DNA from: an uncultured Clostridia bacterium
GTDB taxonomy: Bacteria; Bacillota; Clostridia; TANB77; CAG-508
NCBI GenBank assembly: GCA_944393485.1
Contig: CALYAJ010000002.1
Span: 1 to 56,732, forward strand
Reading direction: 5' to 3'
DNA: 56,732 nucleotides
Numbering within the stretch: the stretch's first letter is position 1; each line of letters opens with the position of its first letter. Shown in pieces: positions 49,801-56,732 of the stretch. The notes under the pieces are model-generated. The model was not told where the DNA came from. It was given only the letters and a program-made list of their open reading frames with translations, and did no database searches. The position numbers and the translations under genes were made by a program.

Positions 49801-50499
49801 ATTTTTTAAGCCTAATATTGTTTCATCTATATTTTTTTCATATTCTCCTAAAATTAATTCTCCCCATTTTGTTTTAGCAAAATCTAGACTTAAATCTTTT
49901 ATATTAAACTCTTCTACTTTTTCTTCTAGCCATTTTCTTGGAAATGGACTACTTTGAATAAATTTATATATTTCCATTACTAGTTCTTTTAAAGGCTCAT
50001 CGCCTCTATAACCAGTATATGTATCTACTAATTTTAGAAAATCTTGGTCTTCTTCAAAATATTTTTTCTCAAATAAATCGTCCAACGTTTCTTGTTTTAA
50101 TAATTCTATTTCTGCGGTATCTCCAATTCTAAAATTAGGAGATATATTTATTTCGTAAAAATTATTTCTAATTACATCTAAACAAAATGAATGAATTGTA
50201 CAAATACTAGCTTTATTAAGCAAAGTTATTTGTCTTTGTAATTCTATGTTTGAAGGATCTTCTTCTATTTTTTTATAAATAGCATCTAAGATTCTTTCTC
50301 TCATTTCACTTGCTGCTGCATTTGTAAAAGTAACAACTAAGAGTTTAGCTATATCAATCTTATCATTTAATATTCTATTAATTATTCTTTCTACTAAAAC
50401 AGCTGTCTTACCACTACCTGCAGCCGCTGCAACTAATATATTAGATCCTTTTTCTTCAATTGCTTGTTTTTGTTCATTTGTCCATTTAACTTCGCCCAT
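46870..50499 (-). CDS. addA: ATP-dependent helicase/nuclease subunit A (AddA type)
   Basis: UvrD-type N-terminus AAAGSGKT and a C-terminal RecB-type nuclease motif GIIDLYY..LVDYKTD. 1209 aa. Confidence 0.88.
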   Translation of the reverse strand: MGEVKWTNEQKQAIEEKGSNILVAAAAGSGKTAVLVERIINRILNDKIDIAKLLVVTFTNAAASEMRERILDAIYKKIEEDPSNIELQRQITLLNKASICTIHSFCLDVIRNNFYEINISPNFRIGDTAEIELLKQETLDDLFEKKYFEEDQDFLKLVDTYTGYRGDEPLKELVMEIYKFIQSSPFPRKWLEEKVEEFNIKDLSLDFAKTKWGELILGEYEKNIDETILGLKNVKKDLDSNPELEKFSQVIRLDLENLELLKSNLDSWDKVYELSQSFSFTKWPVDRKIQSNIKDEAKEKRDKINKKFKGIKDKIFIYTSKEAVQDLQEVYEILNLLKKVVLEFEEAYSKVKLERNVIDFNDIEHLALKILIKEEDGKYVPTEVAKKYKDKFEEIAIDEYQDSNMVQEYILTSISKGNNIFMVGDVKQSIYKFRQAMPELFLSKYEKYKLKKDKNENDDLKIQLFKNFRSRENILSTSNLVFQEIMSKKLGDVEYNEDEYLNLGANYPDIENVDFAGKTEIDVINLNKNQIEEETEDTENNERIEDSILEAKYVAKKIQELINSNYYVFDKKQGYRKITYKDIVVLLRSTATLAPIYEKEIADLGMPVFSDTSSEYLNSVEIQTIISVLKIIDNPMQDIPLVTVMRSMIGGFTDNDLIEIRLADKNCNFYESILKAQVQVSEELRIKINNFLEKIENWREANEYLNLDELIWKIYLDTGYYNYVGLMQNGKLRQANLKMLFERAKQYESASFKGLFNFINFIDKLRLSSGDLGSAKIIGENEDVIRIMSIHKSKGLEFPVVFLSSTGKKFNMQDLNKKVLLHQDIGLGPIYTNYEKKIEYPTLAKEAIKIVSKREILAEEMRVLYVALTRAKEKLVITGIEKDVNDSIDSKQKELEIYKDSTENKMNPSLVAKYKSYIDWIELVYLKNKDKDIMKFNIINKKDILKDKAEEKESDIDILKEIKNRATSKENMDKIKQELEWKYKYEESVELPSELSVSKIKELKNNKQRQNYNQNHNHNQEVSFAKPNFLIEKTELTGAEKGTIMHLCLQKLNHKEEYDLEKLKRMVKSLVEKEIILPKEAESVNYNKILEFLKSDIWKEMKEAKLVEQEKPFYFNIKANEIYDVKSEEDILVQGIIDLYYINKNDELVLVDYKTDYVENNDEESLKEKYDIQLAIYKKALEKALDRKVDKVYIYSTWLARVITINFEL

Positions 50500-50522
50500 T
50501 TTATCTCCTTTTCCGACGTTTT

Positions 50523-50551
50523 TGAACTTTAGGGACGGACCTTAAAGTTCA
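50523..50551. repeat. REP-like palindrome, copy e (form B)
   Basis: tgaactttagggacggaccttaaagttca. Abuts the pepF stop (50552-50554) and shares the left flank ..acgttttt with copy a. Confidence 0.9.
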
Positions 50552-52318
50552 TTAAATTAAATTTTCTAGCTCGTTTATATCGTTTTCATAGAATTTAAGT
50601 GCATTTTCATATATTCTTTTATCTTCTAAATCTATTCCTACTGTTTTTAATATTTCTAGAGGTTTCTTGCTTCCTCCATGTTTTAACATATCTATATATT
50701 TTTCTACTAATCCATCTTCTTTATTTAAAATTCTAGATGCAATGTCTATTGAACAAGATATTCCTGTTGCATATGTATACACATAAAAATTCCTAAAGAA
50801 ATGTGGTATTCTTATCCAATTGTTTTTATTGTATTCATCTATTGTTAGGCTATCTCCATAGTACTTTTTGTTAAGCTCTAAATAATAATTTCCGATTATT
50901 TCTGGATTTAAGTTTTCTCCATTTTCTACTTTTGAATGTATTTCTTTTTCAAATTCTGCAAGCATTGTTTGCACAATTAGTGTTGCTTTTACTGTATTTA
51001 TTCTATTATATAATAATTCTTTTTTAGTTTCTTTATCTTTTGTACTTCTTATTTTATACTCTGCAAATAAAATCTCATTTATTGTTGATGCCATTTCAGC
51101 TAATAATTTACTATAACTATAATTTAAAGCATTTTGATTTTTACTTGAATAATATGAATGCATTGCATGACCAAACTCGTGTGCTATTGAAGATACATCA
51201 AAATTTGTTCCTGTATAATTCATTAAAACAAATGGATGTACTCCGTATACATTCATATTATATCCACCTCCTCTTTTATTTGGAGATGGATATACATCCA
51301 TCCAGTTAGAATTAAAAGCTTCTTCTATTTTGGTAACATATTCTTTTCCCATTGGTTTTAATGCTTCTAATACTTCTTTTTCCGCAGTTTCTATATCTGT
51401 AAGACTGTCTTTACTTGAAAATGGATTATAGTTCATATCGTACATATGTAATTCATCTACATTTAATAATTTCTTTTTTAAATTTGTATATCTATGATTT
51501 ATACTTAGATTTTCATTAACTGTTTTTAATAAAGTATTATATACTTTTACACTTGCTTCATCATTATCCACCGCTTTTTCTAAAGAACTTTTATAATTTC
51601 TTAAATTTGCAATTTTAGTATCTTGTTTTACATTATTTAAATATAATTCGGTTAATGTATTTGTATATTTTCCATATTCAGAAATTAAAGAATTATGTGT
51701 AGCTTTTCTTACTTCTCTATTAGAAGAATTTAAATATTTTCCTGCATTATCTTCATTTATTTCTACTAAATTTCCATCTTCATCTTTTATTGGAGTAAAT
51801 TTCATTTCTGTGTTTGTAAAAATTTCATATGCATTTTTATATCCAATTAGTACATTTGAAAATTTAGCTAGAATCTCTTCTACATCTTTACTTAAAATAT
51901 GTTTTTTGCTTTCTATGATATCATTAATTGTTTTAGAATATGCTTCTAATCTATTGTCTTCTTTAAGATATTGTTTTAATTTTTCCGTATCCATTTTGGT
52001 TAATTCTGGAACTGCAAAAGCAGTTACTTCATCAATTTTACTATCTAAGGCTTCTACCTCTTTAAATATTGAAATTCCTTTAGAATCTGCCATATTTTTA
52101 TGGTATCTTAACATTCCATAAGAATATAATTTGCATATTATCTCTACTATTTCTTCATATAATTTATAGTAATTATATATATTATCTGATGAATCAGCTA
52201 ATATTCCTTTATATTTAACTATTTCATCTAATTTATTATTTAAACTTTCTTTATCTTTTTCAAAATCTTCTTTTGATTTATATATATCTGATAATTTCCA
52301 TTCATACTTATTTTCCAT
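50552..52318 (-). CDS. pepF: Oligoendopeptidase F (M3B)
   Basis: HEFGHAMH zinc motif, with size and N-terminal pattern typical of PepF. Confidence 0.88.
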   Translation of the reverse strand: MENKYEWKLSDIYKSKEDFEKDKESLNNKLDEIVKYKGILADSSDNIYNYYKLYEEIVEIICKLYSYGMLRYHKNMADSKGISIFKEVEALDSKIDEVTAFAVPELTKMDTEKLKQYLKEDNRLEAYSKTINDIIESKKHILSKDVEEILAKFSNVLIGYKNAYEIFTNTEMKFTPIKDEDGNLVEINEDNAGKYLNSSNREVRKATHNSLISEYGKYTNTLTELYLNNVKQDTKIANLRNYKSSLEKAVDNDEASVKVYNTLLKTVNENLSINHRYTNLKKKLLNVDELHMYDMNYNPFSSKDSLTDIETAEKEVLEALKPMGKEYVTKIEEAFNSNWMDVYPSPNKRGGGYNMNVYGVHPFVLMNYTGTNFDVSSIAHEFGHAMHSYYSSKNQNALNYSYSKLLAEMASTINEILFAEYKIRSTKDKETKKELLYNRINTVKATLIVQTMLAEFEKEIHSKVENGENLNPEIIGNYYLELNKKYYGDSLTIDEYNKNNWIRIPHFFRNFYVYTYATGISCSIDIASRILNKEDGLVEKYIDMLKHGGSKKPLEILKTVGIDLEDKRIYENALKFYENDINELENLI

Positions 52319-52345
52319 ATTTTTCCTCCATTTTTAAACTTTAAG

Positions 52346-52374
52346 TGAACTTTAGGGACGATCATTAAAGTTCA
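52346..52374. repeat. REP-like palindrome, copy f (degenerate form B)
   Basis: tgaactttagggacgatcattaaagttca. Confidence 0.7.
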
Positions 52375-52408
52375 TAATTTTTTCTTAATTATATCAATCA
52401 TTGTAATT

Positions 52409-52927
52409 TTATCCAACTTTATTTAATACTAGCCCTGCAAAAAATGTTATTCTATCATTGTCTACCACTCCATAATTTATATGCTTTTTGGTTCTAGTAT
52501 TTTCATCAACTTTAAATTCACCAAAAACAAATTGCCTTTCTTTTGTTAAAAAACTTTCTGAATATTCCAATGTAAAATATCTAGGCATAGCAGGAGTTAA
52601 TGCTAATGCTACATATTTACTTGCAGCATCATTATATTCATATTCAGGAAATTTGAAAAAGAATATATTTACTCCTGAATCTGATTTATTAAATGTTATA
52701 TCAAAATCATTTTCTGTTACTTCTTTATTGATGTCTTTTACAATTAAATCATCTCTTTGTTTTAATATTTCTTTTATATTATTCCATTCATCACATAACC
52801 ATTTTCTCATAATATTTGGTCCTGCCTGTAATTTTTCATTAAAACTTCTCCAATTTGCAAATATTTCATCAAATAATTTAACATTTGTCATTTGATATTG
52901 TATACTTGTACTTATTTTATTTTCCAT
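52409..52927 (-). CDS. Hypothetical protein
   Basis: Start at MENKIS after AAAGGGGA. No recognisable motif. Confidence 0.5.
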   Translation of the reverse strand: MENKISTSIQYQMTNVKLFDEIFANWRSFNEKLQAGPNIMRKWLCDEWNNIKEILKQRDDLIVKDINKEVTENDFDITFNKSDSGVNIFFFKFPEYEYNDAASKYVALALTPAMPRYFTLEYSESFLTKERQFVFGEFKVDENTRTKKHINYGVVDNDRITFFAGLVLNKVG

Positions 52928-53074
52928 AATAAATTCCCCTTTTACCAATAGTATTTAAATAATCCATCAAACTAATTTCTTCATTTTTAATTTTTAGCAT
53001 ATTTTCTTTTTAATTATTTATATATATTTGTGGTATCAAATTATCTAATAACTTTTCTTATCTTCATAAAAAAT

Positions 53075-53929
53075 TTATTGTCCTATGTTTACTTCTTGTA
53101 TAACGTCCTTATTTCTTTCTCTTGGTGTAAATATTCTTACATAATAGGGCTGAATTTCTGGGAAAACATCTTTTACAAGTATAATATTTCCATTTATATC
53201 TGTTACTTTTAAATTTGGAAATGTTTTTAACATTACCTCATCATTTAAATATTTTTCCATAAATTCATTTACACCTGGCGCATTTTGAATTTCTTCATAA
53301 TCTAATAAATATTGTTCTCCGTTTTGTATTTGTATTAATCCACTATGTTCTATTCTTGCATAAAACATTCTAAGAGCAACTGCTGTATAAATACAATCTA
53401 TAAACATAAAGATAATCAACAATATTGTACATATTTTTAATAATTTTATATTAAATTTTTGTTTTAACCAGTCAATTAGCATATCTGCTTTTTTATTTAT
53501 ATATGTCATTAAAAAGATTGCTAAAATTCCCCAGAAGATTGAGAAATATACACAAATTCTACCATTTAAATTAAATGGTATATTAGAATAATCCCACCAT
53601 TTTACATGAAGCATCATTTCTCCAAATAAACTTACAAAATATTCAACAATTGAACCAATTAAAAATCCTCCAAAAAATAGTGTAAAATTATTCTTTTTAA
53701 AGTGTCTTAATGAACCAATCATAATTACTGCACCAACACCATAAATGGCACAAAATGGTCCATATATGAAACTTTTTCTACTCTCTATTACACCTTTTGT
53801 AACTAGTCCAAATAATGTTTCTATTAAATATCCTAAAATACTATAAATAATGAAATATGCAAGTAATCTCCATATTGTCATTCCTAGTATCGTAAACTTT
53901 TTCTTTTCTTTAGTATTTTCATTTTTCAT
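53075..53929 (-). CDS. Polytopic membrane protein (DUF1113 / putative ABC-transporter type IV-like)
   Basis: Six or seven TM helices; YGPFCAIYGVGAV motif. Confidence 0.5.
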   Translation of the reverse strand: MKNENTKEKKKFTILGMTIWRLLAYFIIYSILGYLIETLFGLVTKGVIESRKSFIYGPFCAIYGVGAVIMIGSLRHFKKNNFTLFFGGFLIGSIVEYFVSLFGEMMLHVKWWDYSNIPFNLNGRICVYFSIFWGILAIFLMTYINKKADMLIDWLKQKFNIKLLKICTILLIIFMFIDCIYTAVALRMFYARIEHSGLIQIQNGEQYLLDYEEIQNAPGVNEFMEKYLNDEVMLKTFPNLKVTDINGNIILVKDVFPEIQPYYVRIFTPRERNKDVIQEVNIGQ

Positions 53930-54095
53930 CTTTTCCTCCGTTTATTAGTACATATTTTGTTAAAAACAGATTTCTATGGTCTCCTCTTTTCCATATCTTA
54001 TTAATATTTTTAATAAATTGCAATATTAATTCTCTTTTTTTATTAAGTTTGTTATAATTTGGATATAATTTATTATGAAAGGAGTTGCTTGTTAG

Positions 54096-56732
54096 TTGGA
54101 ACAAGAAAATTGGCATTCGCTTTCTGAATCGGAAGTTCTAGAAAAACTTAAAACTTCTGATTATGGATTAAGTGATGAGGAAGTTCGAAGTAGGCAAAAA
54201 GTCTATGGATATAATGAACTTTCAAAAAAGAAAAGAAAAAGCATTTTTAAATTAGCTTTATATGAATTAAAAGATCCTATGATCATAATTCTTATTTTAG
54301 CTAGTATTTTATCCTTTATTTTGGATGAATTTGTTGAAGGATATGTTATTTTATTTATAGTTTTTATTAACACTATTATAAGTGTTGTACAGCAAAAAAA
54401 GGCTGAAGCTTCTATAGAAGCTTTAAAAAGTATGAGTGCACCTACAGCACATGTCATTAGGAATAATTCAGAAATAATAATTCCTGCTTCAGAACTGGTT
54501 ATTGGCGATATCGTTATTTTAGAAGCCGGAAGTGTTGTTCCTGCTGATATCAGGCTTATAGAAAGTGCAAATTTAAAAATACAAGAATCTGCACTTACTG
54601 GTGAAACCGTTCCTGTTGAAAAAGATGCAGATGAAATATTAAAACCAGATTGTTTCTTAGCTGATAGAATTAATATGGCATATACCTCTTCTCTTATAAC
54701 TTATGGTAGAGGAATTGGTGTAGTTACTGCAACTGGAATGAATACAGAAGTTGGACATATTGCTTCACTTCTTAATAATTCTGATGAATTTGATACACCT
54801 TTAAAAAGAAAACTTTCTGCTGTTGGAAAAACATTAAGTATTGTTGGATTAATTGTATGTGTAATTATTTTTGTAATTGGATTACTTTATAAAAGACCAA
54901 TTCTTCCATTATTTATGACTGCAATCTCTCTTGCAATTTCTATTATTCCAGAAGGATTACCAGCTACTGCTACTATAGTTATGGCTCTTGGCGTAAAACG
55001 TATGGCAAAAGAAAATGCATTAATTAGGAAATTACCTGCAGTAGAAACTCTTGGTAGCAGTACTGTTATTTGTTCAGATAAAACTGGTACTCTTACACAA
55101 AATAGAATGGTTGTAAAAAAACTAGCAAATGTAGATGATATTTTTAATAATTCTGCTATCACACCAAATTCTATTTCTAACAAAGAACTATATAAGGATT
55201 TAATTTATTCAGGTCTTTTATGCAATGATGCTACATTTGATAAGAAAAATAATGATATGATTATTGGTGATCCAACAGAAGGTGCACTTTTACTTCTTGG
55301 TAGAGATTATTTTAAAATTAATCAAGAAGAGTTAGAACGTAAATACGAAAGACTTTTTGAACAGCCTTTTGATTCTGATAGAAAGCGTATGACAACAGTT
55401 CATAATATAGATGGAGAAATTACAGCATATGTAAAAGGTGCTTTAGATGAATTATTAGAGCTATGTGATACAGTTCTTACATCTGATGGCATACGTCCTA
55501 TTACAAATGAAGACAAAGAAAAAATACTTAATTTAAATAATACTCTTTCTTCTGAAGCATTAAGAGTTTTGGGATTTGCTAAAAAAATCTTAAATAAAGT
55601 TCCCGAAGATGAAGAAGAAAATGTTGAATTTAATTTAACATTTATTGGAATTGTTGGTATGATTGATCCTCCAAGACTTGAAGTTCCAAATTCTATAAAA
55701 ACTTGTAAGAATGCTGGTATTAGAACAATTATGATTACAGGTGATCATGTAATTACTGCAAAAGCTATTGCAAAAGAACTTGGAATATATGATGAAAACA
55801 CAAAAGCAATTACTGGCACTGAACTTGATAATATGACTGATGAAGAATTAGATAAAGCTGTAGAAAATACTTCTGTTTTTGCAAGAGTTTCTCCTAACCA
55901 TAAATTAAGAATTGTAAACTCTTTAAAAAGAAACGGTGAAGTTGTTGCTATGACTGGTGATGGTGTAAATGATGCACCTGCACTTAATAAAGCAGATATC
56001 GGTATTTCTATGGGAATTAATGGTACAGATGTTGCAAAAGATGCATCAGATATGATTTTATTAGATGATGATTTTACAACTATAGTGTATGCAATAAAAG
56101 AAGGTCGTAGAGTTTATAAAAATATTCAAAAAGTAATACAATTTTTACTTGCTGGTAATATTGCAGAAATTTTAACATTGTTTATTGCTACATTATTAAA
56201 CTGGGATCCGCCAATTCTTGCTATACACATTTTATGTATAAATTTAGCAACAGATTCACTTCCTGCTTTGGCTTTAGGAGTTGATCCTGCAAGTAAAAAT
56301 GTTATGAAAGAAAAACCTGTTAAATCTGGAAGTCTTTTCGAGAAAGCATTGGTCTCTAGAGTTATATTACATGGTATTTTTATAACTATTGCTACAATTT
56401 CTGCATTTTTAATTGGGTATAATACAGATAGTTATATTGTAGGACAAACAATGGCCTTCTCTGTTTTAGCAATTTCACAAATGCTACATGCATTTAACCA
56501 AAGATCTAATACAGATTCTATTTTTACAAAAGGAAATGGACATAATAAATATTTATTCTTTGCATTATTATCATCTTTTGTTTTATTACTAATAATTTTA
56601 TTTGTCCCTGTTATTAGAAATATATTTAGTTTGACCATATTAAAACCAATTGAATGGGCTATAACAATCGGACTTTCAATTTTACCTGTAATTCTTGTAG
56701 AAATTACTAAATTTATAAAAAGAAAATTTAAA
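54096..56732 (+). CDS. Calcium-type P-type ATPase (P2), 3' end beyond the window
   Basis: Open frame from TTG 54096 (in-frame TAG at 54093-54095, AAGGAG at 54079-54084) to the window end, 879 codons. It has no stop, so it is absent from the ORF track. [10 protein letters not shown] at 55071-55100 and [12 protein letters not shown] near 55950-55985. N-terminus ..[34 protein letters not shown]. Confidence 0.9.
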   Translation, partial: MEQENWHSLSESEVLEKLKTSDYGLSDEEVRSRQKVYGYNELSKKKRKSIFKLALYELKDPMIIILILASILSFILDEFVEGYVILFIVFINTIISVVQQKKAEASIEALKSMSAPTAHVIRNNSEIIIPASELVIGDIVILEAGSVVPADIRLIESANLKIQESALTGETVPVEKDADEILKPDCFLADRINMAYTSSLITYGRGIGVVTATGMNTEVGHIASLLNNSDEFDTPLKRKLSAVGKTLSIVGLIVCVIIFVIGLLYKRPILPLFMTAISLAISIIPEGLPATATIVMALGVKRMAKENALIRKLPAVETLGSSTVICSDKTGTLTQNRMVVKKLANVDDIFNNSAITPNSISNKELYKDLIYSGLLCNDATFDKKNNDMIIGDPTEGALLLLGRDYFKINQEELERKYERLFEQPFDSDRKRMTTVHNIDGEITAYVKGALDELLELCDTVLTSDGIRPITNEDKEKILNLNNTLSSEALRVLGFAKKILNKVPEDEEENVEFNLTFIGIVGMIDPPRLEVPNSIKTCKNAGIRTIMITGDHVITAKAIAKELGIYDENTKAITGTELDNMTDEELDKAVENTSVFARVSPNHKLRIVNSLKRNGEVVAMTGDGVNDAPALNKADIGISMGINGTDVAKDASDMILLDDDFTTIVYAIKEGRRVYKNIQKVIQFLLAGNIAEILTLFIATLLNWDPPILAIHILCINLATDSLPALALGVDPASKNVMKEKPVKSGSLFEKALVSRVILHGIFITIATISAFLIGYNTDSYIVGQTMAFSVLAISQMLHAFNQRSNTDSIFTKGNGHNKYLFFALLSSFVLLLIILFVPVIRNIFSLTILKPIEWAITIGLSILPVILVEITKFIKRKFK

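Noticed and set aside
54203-56638. Minus-strand ORFs 54203..54457, 54887..55183 and 56432..56638.
   Set aside because: They are antisense to the unlisted plus-strand P-type ATPase frame, which carries DKTGTLT and [10 protein letters not shown].

Overview
Very AT-rich (by eye about 25-30% G+C) chromosomal segment of a low-GC Gram-positive bacterium (Bacillota, Clostridia/Tissierellia-like). Almost every gene is on the minus strand. From about 25.5 kb rightward the window is mostly housekeeping: fabH-fabD-fabG-fabF-accB-fabZ-accC, sodA, a birA-like ligase, the rimP-nusA-ylxR-ylxQ-infB-rbfA-nrnA-truB operon, addA, pepF, and a Ca-type P-type ATPase. The ATPase runs off the right edge and is therefore missing from the ORF track. 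The left ~25 kb is accessory and partly decayed. It starts with the 3' half of an initiator tRNA-fMet with its own terminator (att-like scar). Next come a disrupted N-terminally extended RecQ-like helicase and a frameshifted radical-SAM-like gene. The first 77 bp of that gene are duplicated around a 2.2-kb insert carrying two PD-(D/E)xK nuclease-like genes. Further right are many nucleotide house-cleaning genes (NUDIX, DUF402, HD, Ham1/RdgB, HAD, MazG). There is also an array of small higher-GC one-gene cassettes separated by a degenerate ~85-nt repeat, and a 138-bp inverted repeat pair bracketing ~10 kb. The candidate I rate highest is a WYL regulator next to a ~1,290-aa SWIM-like / SpoVK-AAA+ x3 / FtsH-M41 protease fusion gene (frameshifted here); the two genes share 15-bp operator half-sites. 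A 29-nt REP-like palindrome occurs six times in the housekeeping part, often abutting stop codons. No CRISPR array, rRNA, intact tRNA, transposase or integrase was seen. All functional calls come from motif recognition by eye, with no database search.
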